From: the human T2T-CHM13v2.0 reference genome, Homo sapiens
NCBI RefSeq assembly: GCF_009914755.1
Contig: NC_060927.1
Direction: 5' to 3' (one strand)
DNA length: 64,000 nt
Positions 13,911 through 26,900 of the stretch are shown here, in pieces (the first letter of the stretch is position 1; the number at the start of each line of letters is the position of its first letter). The position numbers were made by a program, and so were the translations under genes. Below the pieces are notes generated by a model that was not told the origin of the DNA, ran no database searches, and was given only the letters and a program-made list of their open reading frames with translations.

Positions 13911-16870
13911 ATTGAGGGTGTACACGCCCATGTTTACCAGAAACAGTGGCTGGAGATCAATGTCCAACATGAAGCCAAAATATTTCTATTTAAATTTTAG
14001 CCCTAAATGTGCATATGTCACAAGAATTCTGTGAATATATTAAATCATATTTTAATTGATGTTTTTATGAAGAATGTGTTGCTTTTGAAAGAAAGAAAAA
14101 GGAATGATGATCTCCAAAGTAACCTGAAAAGACTGTTGAACTAGAGTTCAAGAGCTATGGGACGCTAACCAAATCTCTAGACTTTACTATTTGACATTTA
14201 AAACATGAGAGCTGAACTAAAACTTACCTAAGTTCTTTCCAATCTTAAATGCTATATCCAGCATCCAAAAGCTGGGGGCAGTAGCAGGAAGAGGGTGGTG
14301 GCAGTTATAAATAAACTATAGTAGGGGAAAGTAGAAATTGTTATGAACTATTTTGACACAGGGTTTCTATAAGAACCAGCCAGCACATCATTTTGGAAAC
14401 ATAATCCCTTATGGTATCACTATCACGATCATGATCCAAACAATATTGCAATTTATATCCTGGTAGGCTACTGTGGCCTGGTTAGGAAATTGATATACTA
14501 TTTAGCTTTCTCCAGTGACTGCATTTCAGAAAAATAGGTATACACACAATTAAATGACATGTTTAACAGATTCAAGTTACATTAACTGTTTTTAGCTTTT
14601 TAAATATTATACCTCATGTCTGTAATATAAATTTAATTATGGTTTCCATCCATGAGGGCAGTGATGGTCTGCGTGACATTAAAAGTGATGGTTTGTTAGC
14701 AATATCCTATTTTACAGAAAAGCATTGTGAGATGTGTGACAATAATAAATAGTTATATCAAAAATGAATTAAAACCGCTATATAAATAGGTTTCTGGTTT
14801 TAGGAAACAGCCTGGCACAGTTAAAATCATACTGCTTCCTGAACACAGTTTAGAGAGTCAGGCAATATTAAAATTAAATACTCTATCCATTTAAAGTAGC
14901 ATTCCAATAAATATATATAGTATTTAGCTTATTGTAAAATAATGGAAGAATCTTCTTATATTAAAATCTCACAGAGTGCCAATATTCCTATAATCATGGT
15001 AATAATAATTTAGAATATGCCCTCTCACAAGAATCTAGGACAGTCTACAAGTAATAAACAAAAAAATAAAGCAATGTGGGCTCACTGCCCAGATGATCTC
15101 AAATATGTATAATGGAACAAAGAAAGAAAAGAAATACTTATAAGCAAAATCACTCCATGAAGGAAGAAAAAATGGAATAGTAATTGGTCAAAATTGTGGT
15201 AGAAAATAATTATAGGGTGCTCATGAATCTCCTTTATAAGGAGCTATGTGTATCTAAGAATATTTTTTCCTGCTTTAGAATTCTTCAGAAGTCCCTTTGA
15301 GATAAATACAAAAGAAACAAAGGAAGCTACCTGTACATCTACCATTTTACAACACAAGAAAACTGCAACTGACGTAAAATGTGCAAATCTGCCTTAACCA
15401 TGTTAATTGGAAAATCAGCATATTCCAATTAGAAATTCTTCCTCTCAAAACAGACATTATGTAAAATGAATTACATTTTTATTGGTAAATAGCAATTTGT
15501 TTTACATTCCGAAAATTGCCTAAAATTGCTCTCTAATGTCCTATTGATGTGACATTGCAGTTTATTGAACCACAAAACACTTTTGCTTTTTTCAGTTTTA
15601 ATTTTTTTAATTTTAATGAAATTTTGTTTTGTTTGAGCTTTACGAAGTTAAATAACCAGTCAATAAAATAAACCAATATACCTATGTATTCAATATTCAA
15701 CTCTCCTAGATTTTATTGGATACTCACTTAACTCACTCAGTTAACTCACTTAACTCACTGATTTTTTGCTTTCCTATGTGATTAGTTCAATTAGTCTTTC
15801 ATTCATCTATCTATTTATTTATTTTATAAAAACAATTGAGTTTCTACTTCATATGTAATACTGTGCTAGGTATTGTATTAAAAGGATAAATATAATTCCT
15901 GGTCACAAGGCAATCAAAAAATAGTAGACATTAAAAATAAGTAATGTAATGAGGGTTCATAAGCTCTAGTTTCCAATATCCAATACAAAACATAGATTTC
16001 CAAGGGTTATACAAGAGTAAGCAGTTCATAAGTGCATAGATGTAATTATATTGGAATTTTAAATGTAATTTTAAAACATTTATAACCCCAATAAGGTACT
16101 CAACTAATATTTCACACGTTAGACCTTTCGAATGCCTACCCTCACACTTCAGTTGATGTAAACTACCCCGGTTTAAAAGCACACCTCACCCCTAGGAAGG
16201 GACCAATATGCCCTATAGGTTTTGGCTACTTTCTCAAATTGGATATGGGTGGGAACACAGGAAAATATCCACTTGTAAGGATCATAAATGCTCTGTAAAA
16301 CAGAACAATTTATTTAACTTTACCTTCTAATTTACTAGGATAGAAGAGTAAAATGTGACATTTCCAGTCTTACCACAGACCTATACTTGTGCTTGTAATT
16401 TGCAAACAGTGTAATTCTTTACATACTTTGTTATTTCCACTGCATTGTTACTGAACCTGATTCTAAACAGACCTGTTTTTTAAAATTTTTCAGGAAAGTA
16501 AATGTGGATAGTATGAATGATACTGTAGTAACACCAGAAATAATACATTTGTAATAAGGATGTTTCTAAGCTGTTTTGGAAAGTAATACAATTCCACCAA
16601 TGTTTTTTATTTGATACATTGTATGCTGGTGGCAGGAAAGAACTGACAAAAATAGATGTCTTCAACTCAATAAAAACGTATTTGCCACCAAGGCATCTAT
16701 AAAGGTTCTTTTGACTATGCATTTTTGGAAACAACATTCCATTTGATTGTGTCACATCATAAAGATCTCCGGGGTGCAAAAGAAAATAGAGGTTGGAATG
16801 AGAATTGTGACTGTAATCCACCATCTCTCATTTTGTCCACTGCAAACTTCGAAATAATATCCCTTTGAAA

Positions 16871-16950
16871 CTAATGGCATGTTTTATTTCTTTCTGTTTT
16901 AGGTAAGCACATTAATCATTCCAGTGTAATCAGACTGCATCAAGGTAAAA
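16871..16950 (+). promoter_or_regulatory. Candidate recursive splice site (AG|GT) with a 42-nt RS-exon (16903-16944)
   Basis: CTAAT branch motif at 16871, tract TTTTATTTCTTTCTGTTTT, AG at 16901-16902, GTAAGC at 16903-16908, and a downstream donor AAG|GTAAAA at 16944/16945. Confidence 0.55.
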
Positions 16951-17044
16951 CAAGAAAAAGTGGTGAAATTATATCTTATAGCAATGTTCAATATATAAAT
17001 ATATATGTGGTTTTGAAAAAAATGTTTTAAAGCCAATGTTCTTT

Positions 17045-17502
17045 TAAAATTTTTTTCAACTCTCATTACATTCACAGGGTACATGTACAGGTTTGTTAGA
17101 TGGATGCATTGCATGATGCTGAATTTTGGAGTATATTGATCCCCATCACCCAGGTAGTGAGCAGAGAGGCTAATAGGTAGTTTTTCAGCACTTTCTTCTC
17201 TTCCACTCTCCCTACTCTGGTAGTCCCCCATTGTCTGTTATTCCCATCTTTATGTCCATTTGTACCCAATGTTTAGCTCCCAAGCTCCCACTTATAAGTG
17301 AGAACAGGCTATATTTAGTTTTCTGCTCCTGCATTAATTCACTTAGGAGAATGGCCTCCAGCTGAAACAATGTTGCTGCAAAGGGCATGATTTTGTTCTT
17401 TTTTATGGCTAAATAGTATTCCGTGGTGTATGTGCACCAGATTTTCTTTATCCAATAGACCGTTGATTTCATGTCTTTGTTATTGTGAGTAATGCCTCAA
17501 TG
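17045..17502 (-). mobile_element. 5'-truncated old L1PA (L1PA15/16-like) 3' end
   Basis: Antisense 3'UTR plus an ORF2 C-terminus (WIKKIWCTYTTEYYLAIKKN). Flanked by a degenerate TSD, CCAATGTTCTTTT / CCAATATTCATTT. Confidence 0.85.
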
Positions 17503-20300
17503 ACCAATATTCATTTTGGTGTTTGTTTTGTTATGACATCAATTCAGTAAACTCAATCTCTGTATTATATGGAATTTCTAAAATATTTATTAACTGCTAA
17601 TATTATTAAAGGATTTATTCTTAAAGTAAGAAATGCAAATTAGAATAAATTTTAAATGCAAAACTACTTTGTTAGCAATGTGCAAATTTATATTTTTGCA
17701 GCACGTATTGCATCTAAAAATAAAATATAAAAAAGAAGTGATTTTCAAATACAAAAAGATACTTCATATACACATTGATTTTAAAGAATGAACAGTTTGT
17801 AAAGATCATACATACAACAGAAAAAATTGAGGACTATTAATATTATTTATCATTCTGAAGATTAGTTAAAAACATATAAGGAATAAACTTCTCTGTAAAA
17901 AATGAATCAATCATTTCCCTAGGGAAAATATGGATTGTCTGTAAAATTCACAATATTGCTTTTTGTAAACTAAATCAAATTCTATTTTAACATGCTAGTT
18001 TTGCATTCACAACTTAGAGAAGAGGCCAAGTTTAATCATAGTTATGAGGAAACACATGTTCCAATGCTTTCTAGAGATACGTGTAATATCTAAATTAATA
18101 TATTCTAAAAAATATTTGTTCTGCTTCCAAAATAGAAGATTGCTTATAATTATTTTAAATTTAGCCTGCTTATTTCATGCTTAAGTTGGAGGCCATGAGA
18201 ATTCAAGTTTGTAGAAGCATATTCTATCCAGTATAGGCAGGCATTTTTAGAGATGCAAAACCAAAATTAGTTCTTTTTGGAACAAAGTCCTCAAATTGGT
18301 AGTTAAGGAATCTACATGGCTTTAGAATTTTGTACTCTTGAGTCCTGCAATGCTGAAAGGGAAGGCAAAGTCTCATTTTGCCTTCTCAGAAAAAAAGGAC
18401 AAAGTATTTTAATTAATCAAGACCCATCGTCATTCATTTATAATAGTTTGATAGTAAATAATAATTTACTTTTTTTTGATGATTATACATTATGCCACAT
18501 CTCTGGGGTCCTTTGTAGTAGATGATCTAATAAAACAACATGAAAATGAAAAATATATGAATACGTGCTTTTACCCAAACAAGTAAAAATGTAAACCAAA
18601 GAAATAAAAACCTCAACAGCAAAATATTCTTTATCATATTATAAATCAGCTTATTTTATTGGCTTTTGTCATTTTCCTTTAAATAAAGAGTAGAAAAAAC
18701 TTTTTTGGCATAAACTGTTAGTTGGATTCCAGTTAATTGATGCTTTACTTAATGTAAGCATTCTAGACTGCATGATATATGTTCCTTGTCCATTTGAGGC
18801 TATACTTTGAATGTAAATACCCAACAATGACATTATGAGTCTAAGATTGATAGTTATTTGATTTAGCAACATCTGTTGTTGTTTAATGTACTCCAAGCAG
18901 ATGCTCTTTCTTGATATTCAACATACAATTTGACTTACTCTTATGATATAAAACCTTACCAGAAGAATGTTATTGTTATTTGAATATAGCTATTAGTATT
19001 AGCAATTGTATATGTCTTTGCTCAAACAAATGTCTATAGACTGGGTCAAGCATCGTTAACTTCTATAAGAATGGCAATGGACAAACTCTTTGAATCACTT
19101 ACTTCTTACAATGACATAATTCTTTCATGTGCCAGGGCATCTAGAGTCATTTTTTTCAATTAGCAATTTTTTTCTTTTAATGTTCTTGGAGGATTAATGA
19201 AAACACAACAATATGAACTATCAGAATGATGTGCTTTTCTATGTTCGTCATTGTATTTTAAACCTGCCACATTACACAAAGAGTTGTAATGAGAATAATA
19301 CCTGGAGACAGACACTACTGTTTATTTGATTCTCTATTCACGTTTTGTAATATGCCTCAAAACAATAAAAACCTACATAATTGTAACTGATCACATTGTT
19401 TCATGGTTTATATGAGTACTCACAGGGATTTAGGATAAATATAAGAGTGATCATCCTGAGGATTAGAGAATTCTGATCAAGGTTTTACTGGGCAGAGAAT
19501 ATCTTTGAAATGTAAGCAAAAATGTGTTTGTCCTAGGAAGGACATTCAATATATATAATATCATAGTAGAGATTACATGCACTGTAACTCTAAGAAGACC
19601 TTGATGTCCTATAATGGGATATGCATCTGATTCCCCTTTTCTGAGAAAGTCTCTTATTCAGTGTTAACAATCCAATGATATCTTGTGACCTTTTCTATGC
19701 AAATATGAACAATTTGAGGCTATCACAGTCTCTCATGCGTTGCTCCTTAAAGGGACATTCTTAATTGCTTTTATAATCTCAATTTTATTTTAACCTCCAT
19801 TACCTATAATATCTTACTTGAAGCTTGAAATTAACTTTTCTTTCTTCAGCATTTTATCCTTTCCTATTTCGGTAAGCAATGATTTTACTTTTCCACCAAA
19901 GTTTTAGGGGGTTTCATCCAGCATAGACATGATTAATTCACTGTGATAAAGTATATCTTTATTACCCTATTCTATTAATCACATTCACTGAAAGAGAAGC
20001 ATGTCTTTCTTTTCTATGGAGACTTTTCAAAGATATACTGTCCTTTTGCATATAGAAGTAAAACTAATGGTGTTATAAAAATAGTACAAAAAGTCTTTAG
20101 ATATTTTCTTGGTAATTAGGCTGTTTTATACCCTCTCACTTAATTTCTTGTTAACTCAATCCTTTTGTAATCATCAGATGGGCATCTGTTAAGTGACTGA
20201 CCTAGAAATCAAAGTTGTAACCTTAGTCTACTCAGAATAATACTCTAAACAATAATGGGAACCCCATTTAGGCTATAATTTGAGAAAGAGAATAAGATCA

Positions 20301-20419
20301 GTTAACAAATGTAACATCACCTTTTAGATTAGTTAACAAAGATAACATCGCCATTAGATTTTCGAAGATAACACCATCTTTTTTTGATGTTAACAAAGAT
20401 AACATCATCATTAGATTTT
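20301..20419. repeat. Minisatellite, ~30-bp unit, ~4 degenerate copies
   Basis: Unit is approximately GTTAACAAAGATAACATC..CATTAGATT. Confidence 0.8.
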
Positions 20420-20440
20420 CTTTTCTACCTAAGAGTTTCT

Positions 20441-20822
20441 CTTTTCTTTTGTTTGTTTGTTTGTTTCTTTTTTTTTTTTTATTATTATATGGAGTCTGGC
20501 TCTGTTGCCCAGGCTGGATTGCAGTGACATGATCTCGGCTCACAACAACCTCTGCCCCCGGGTTCAAGCGATTCTCCTGCCTCAGCCTCCCGAGTAGCTG
20601 GGACTACAGGAGAGTGCCACCACGCCCTACAGGAGAGTGCCACCACGCCCACTAATATATGTATATATATATATATATATTTTTTTTTTGTATCTTTAGT
20701 AGAGACAGGGCTTCACCATGTTGGCCAGGCTGGTCTCAGACCTCGAACTCCTGACCTCTTGGTCCGCCCACCTCAGCCTCCCAAAGTCCTGGGATTACAG
20801 ACATGAGCCACTGTGCTTGGCC
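20441..20822 (-). mobile_element. AluS-like element with an internal duplication and a (TA)n linker
   Basis: Alu dimer. TSD CTAAG(A/T)GTTTCT at 20429-20440 and 20823-20834. Confidence 0.9.
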
Positions 20823-23056
20823 CTAAGTGTTTCTTTGAAACAGGCTAAATATGCCATCCCCTCCTTAAAGTTAAATGTATTTAAATATGTTCCTATTACT
20901 ACTGATTTATGAGGCAATGACAATGCATATTTCCTTATTCTAAAATTAAATAAGGCAATTTAGCCTTTGTGTTTGTGTAATTAAACAATAGTGACAGCTT
21001 TAATTTTTAAACTACACAAACTTGTCATCCTCATAAGGAAAGGAAATCAAATACAACTGTAATAACAAGTGATTAAGCATTTTAAAGTTTCAAATGGGCA
21101 GTGAATGTGCACTTAGAAGAAAATGTTAATAATATTCATGATCATTTCAGTTTCCATGCCACAGTCCTCAAATGTTTGAGTCTGTGATGTGAATAATCAA
21201 TTCATGGTCAAATTTGGCCCATGAAGTTGAAAGTTCTCCTAATGCAGATCCTGTGTTCCATTGTCTTTTGTGAGCTCCTTTTACTCAGAATAGTGTTTGG
21301 CATATTTTTAGGCTGTTATGAATATTTCTGTTATTGTTAGTGATAGATTTATTTGTTAGATTATTTTATTGATAAAAGCTCTGTATTGGCTCCATGCCAG
21401 ATTCCACACAACAGAATTGACTTTCACAAATTATTTATTAAAAATTATCTGTCTCAAGCTTCTTCTTATAGTAAGGAAACATAAATAAGTTGGTAGGCAG
21501 GTAGGTAGGTAGATAGAAAAAATAGAAGGAAAATCATAATTTCCTTTAAAACTAATTGCTCAATATCATACTCTTTTCAATTACCAGAGATTTTAGTAAT
21601 ACAACCATTAGTTTCATATAGTATTCTTTTAAATAAGCAGTATATATTTAGTGTAGCCTTTTTTCCCCAGAATCTGTGCCAACTTCTTAAGATACAAAAG
21701 AGATGACATGAAACATGTTCTCAACGTCACAATCCAATTATAGGTCTATTATTTATAAAAAGAGATATAAGAAAGGTAGTTCAACTGGGGCAAATAATTT
21801 CAAAATGGACAAAAATAATTTATTTTTAAAATCATACTTCCAAAATTGTACCTTTGAACTACCTCTTTCAATGGTTAGACATTGGCAACTGAATAAATGC
21901 AAAGGTACATTAATAAATTAAATTTATTTATTTAATACCATTTACAGTTTATATTTTACTCAAATCCTTTTCACTTCCTTAATGTTTCCAACTGATCACA
22001 GAATACCTGTTTTCTATTGTTCCTTTGAACACTTTGTCATTTTTATTTATGCACAATTTTCTAACAATATATTAGTATATAGTATACAGTATAAAGACAA
22101 CTACACCACTCTGGTTATTTTAAGCTTAAAAGAATAATCTTATAATCTATAGAATCACAATCATGGATCTATAATAACCTAGTCTCTTAGCTCAAGAAAA
22201 ATAAAATTATTATTGTGTGATGGTTAGATCTTTTAAAAAAAAACACTAAATTTCAATTTTACTCACTTTTATACATAAAATACTTCAAGAAAAGCTTACT
22301 GTAAAAAATTATTGATGCTACCATTACTTGTGGTTTAGCTTTAATAATAAAAGTTCTGGATCTATTTCAAATGAATTATTTTGTTGTTTTAGATCTCAGA
22401 TTATTAAAGTACTAAGAAATTATTTTGAATTCTAGGATTTATAGCCCTTGGCAATTTCTAAGCCAAGTGCCATTGTAAATGAGAATATATATCAACTTAT
22501 ATATTTAATCTCAGCTGAAAACATACCCTCTGTACTAACCTAAGTGATTCAGTTGTATTATTTCAGGAATCTTAGGCTGTCAATATCATTAGAATTATAT
22601 CGTCATGATTTTAACAAGATGACAGCCATGACTATGCTTAACTCTAAAACTCAATTTTGTTAGATTTTATTTTGTTCTTCAAGCTGCACAGTTATGCAGA
22701 CAGTATTGAAGATGTTTTCCAAATATTTCCCCATTAGTTTAATTAAAAATATATGAAGACAACTAGAATAATAAAAGATTAATTATTTAGAAAGCAGCTT
22801 ATTTAGTACTTATACCCCATTTCCAAATAGTGGGCAGAATCAAATTATGGAGACAAATATAATTTCTTACTTATTATTTAACCTCTGGTTCAAACACTGA
22901 TTTAAGTTATTTATTTTTGTAGGGGTAGGGAATGGCTCTAAGTGTATGGCGAATATAGTGCTCATTTTTGTTCCTATGTGATAGGCCTCTTTCAATACTT
23001 TCTTCTTATTTAGAAAGACAAATGCATGACTCTAGGACACAATTCAGCTATGTTTT

Positions 23057-23336
<280 letters not shown>

Positions 23337-23511
23337 TCAGCTGTTTTTCTGAAACTAAGAATCAACTTTGGTTTCCAATAACATGTTCTTCATTTCTTTC
23401 TCAGACTTCAACAAAAGCATCTTTAACATTCATATTCTTACCAACATTTCGTTTAAAACAATCTAGGCTTTTTTTTTTTTTTAAATCAAATCCCAAAGTT
23501 ACTTCTACATT

Positions 23512-23987
23512 TGTATTTGTTACATCAGCTCTCCACTGCCAGGTAACCACATCTTATTGTTTATATGAGCAAAAATGTTTTCTTTCACAGTTCTGGGAGC
23601 TGGAAGTCTGAAATTAGTTTCACCTGGGAAAAATTAGTGTTCGTGGGGCCACGCTTCCTCTGGAGTTTTAAGGGAGGAATCTGTTCCTTGCCCCTTCCAA
23701 CTCCTGGTGGCTGCTGGCATTCCCTGGCTTATGGCTGCATCACTTCAGTCTCTGCCTCCATGGTCACTTTGCCTCCTCCTTTTTTCATGGTCTCCCTCTT
23801 CCACACTCTCATTAAGGACATTGTAATGGCATTTAAGGCCTACCCAGATGATCTGGGATAATCTCTTCATCTCAAGATCTTCAATTTAGTCACCTCGGCA
23901 AAGATTTTTTTCTTATAAAATAACATTTACAGATTTCAGGAATTAAGATTGGATGTCTTCACGGAACATTTTTCCAGCCTACTACCA
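23512..23987 (-). mobile_element. MaLR LTR, MLT1D/E-like
   Basis: CACAGTTCTGGGAGCTGGAAGTCTGAAAT...GGAGGAATCTGTTCCTTGCC...CAGCCTACTAC. Confidence 0.75.
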
Positions 23988-26900
23988 GGGCCATTTTAGA
24001 ATTCTGCCTACCATATTCCTGAAAAAAGAAAGTTATACTATATTTTTCAGAGTACTTCAGGACTAGTCATATTTGTTTTATTAATTCCCTTTAATCATGG
24101 AATATAGTATAATGTAAATAATTATAAATATATGTATAATAGAGCATTACACAAATTGTCTAGTTTAGGCAGAGCATACATTTGTCATTACTTTCATCTC
24201 TAATTCATTTCAAGTCCACATTCTCGCTTGTTTGGAAATGATGGCAGTAGGGAGGTAGTAGCACAAGCACCCCGTTTTTGCCTTTCTTAGACAACTATAG
24301 CAGTAATATATATTTGATAATCCTTTACAAAGTAAAGAATACAAAATAAATATGTACTTGAGCGATATATTTCCCTCGAAGTCATGCTTAGTTTTTTTAT
24401 TTTTAATCTTATTTCTTTTGTAAAATCATATTGGATTTTATTCTCAGCCAATTACTTACTCAATTATATCGTTATAGCAATCATAAATCAATATTTGTAT
24501 TATATAACCTGGTTCTTCCACTAATTAGATCTGTGGTTTAGTTTCTTTTGTTTATATTGGAATAATACTTACCCAACATATTCATTGTAAAAAGCCAATA
24601 TCGTATGGCTTATATTTTGCTAGTGTAATGAAGCATTTTTGTCATTTTAACCTGACTCATTATAATATTAATAAACACGACATCAACTTTTTACATGTTT
24701 TAGTAAGTAAAGTTCTAAGAAGAGCTTGGACTGTAAGCTAATGACTACAATGCAATATAAACACAGAAATGACATTGAGTTAATTATAGAGTTAAAGTAA
24801 ACCCGCAGCTACATTGATTTTCTATTCGGAAGAAATAGTGAATACTTTGGCAAAGTTCCTGGTACTATTTTAAATATATGAATACAAGTTAGAGAAAGCA
24901 ATCCCGTAGAGGTTTTATTTTGTCTTTATACCCACCGAATTTGTAAGGAGATTGCTTGATGAGAAAAGATTCCACTCCACTGAGTAAAAAGTGTGAAATA
25001 TGTTGCAAAACAGAATGTGTATTTTTATTAACAATTAACATTAATTTTCTCAATCAGATGCACTAAAGTCTACCAACAGTACTATTGTCCCTGGAGACTA
25101 TTATAAAATATCAGTATGTTAATTCATTTTAATTTCATATGCATAATATGCTTATTATTGTTTATGATTGATTAAAGGACATTGTTACAGAGGTAAACTT
25201 CAACTCTTTCGTTTAGAACTCAAAGTGAACAATATCATCTGTGAATTATTTACATATGTAATTCACAAGGATTTTCATAAAAAGTGTCCTTTTAAAAAAA
25301 GTAGCATACAGATTATTATATATTGTTTATTGAAAATTGTCATGTATATAAAATATTTATTTTATTTAGTATATAAGAAACACAAATGTAAAGAAAACAT
25401 TTTCACACTAACTGATCAAAATATGTTGATTTCTGCATATATATCTAAATATATTAATATTTTAGTCCATGTGTACAATGCTAATTCTGAATTTTTATAA
25501 CTACTAAGAAGGAAAATAATGTTTTAAGCACTTACTCTGTGCCATGTACTGTGATACAGAAACTTTATTTGCATTGCGTCAATGCATTCTTGCAATTATA
25601 TTTTTAGGAAGAAAAAATATTGCCACTTTCCTATTTGAGTCATAGCTGTAGGAAACTATTTGGATGTTTATGTAGATTCATCTTCTATTAGACATTTATC
25701 AGTCATCTCTAGCTTATATCAGAGAGGAAAAAGTAATACAAATTTGTCTGGTTGTCTTAAGAAATTTATTTAAAGAAATACATTAATTAAAAAAATGAAA
25801 GTGAACCTGGGCAAATTTGAACTAGGTATTTTTGGACATGCATGTTTTTAAGTAATAACTGAGTTTAATTCCAAATTATTGCAGATTAAGGGGTGGATTG
25901 TATTGTTTTTCATGGTGGAAAAGTTTTTGGAATGGCTTCTTAGTATACTAAACTGTGATAATCAGGATAGCTTGAGTATGGCCAGTTTCCAGTGAGAATT
26001 TATGCTATTCCATAAAACAAAATGTGGTACAACATAACTTACCTACAAAAATGAGTATTGCCATGAAGTTACATGATACACCATCTGATTTCCTATGTAA
26101 ACTCATAAAATTATTCAGTGATCTACTTTTCTTAATTCGTCTTCAGCAAAGTAAAAATGAACGCAATTGTTTAGAGAAAGCCTATGTAAATCCACTTTTC
26201 CTCAAAAATGAAACTCTAGGAATAAAGCAGCTATTTTAGAACAGATTTCTGTGATTGTTTGCATTCTCACCTCAGCTTTGGATGTGCCGCAGTAATATAT
26301 TTTTATTATTTTCCTTGATTTTAGGCAAATCCATTATATAACTGAATAAATGGCCTCTTTTTCCCCAGAAGAATTACATATCCATGTATGAAAGCTTCAT
26401 AGATCTAAGCTAACTATGTTTTTACACTCAGTGCTATCAGCTACTTACGGCTATACACTTATCGATATCATTTGCATTTAAGTGAGATGATTAGGTCACT
26501 CTTTTATGTTTGCGTCTTTGTTTACTGAAACAGCACTGTTTAGGATTTGTTTGCTTTCATGATTGTAAGCATGTGATTCTCCCTGAAAGCAATTCTTTTC
26601 TGTAAGTGAATATTTGGAAAATGAAAAGTAATTAAAGATTAACAAAAGTAAGCAAAATGGATTTTTAAAGCCCCTTAATTATTATTTAAGACACAATGGG
26701 CATTTAAGATAACCAATCTTCTGCAGAAAATTTAAAACCCTGTAGCTAATTTACATATTCCGTGAGTTTATTGAATTCGTTCACATTTGACGGGTGAGGG
26801 AATTGTGGCAGAGAATTTAAGAGATTTACGGAAGGTCACTCGAAATCAGTGAGAGTCGAAAAGGACATAGAAAGCACTTTTTGTGTATTCTTGGTGGTGA

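Noticed and set aside
16480-16824. 114-aa - strand ORF next to the RS motif
   Set aside because: No recognisable homology, and the length is compatible with chance.
15721-20419. Short tandem arrays as CRISPR-like repeats
   Set aside because: This is eukaryotic DNA with degenerate head-to-tail units, no unique spacers and no cas genes.
26037-26060. - strand AG|GTAAGT (a second ratchet-like motif)
   Set aside because: Short pyrimidine tract, no clear branch point, and opposite to the inferred host strand. It shows that bare AGGTAAG motifs arise by chance.
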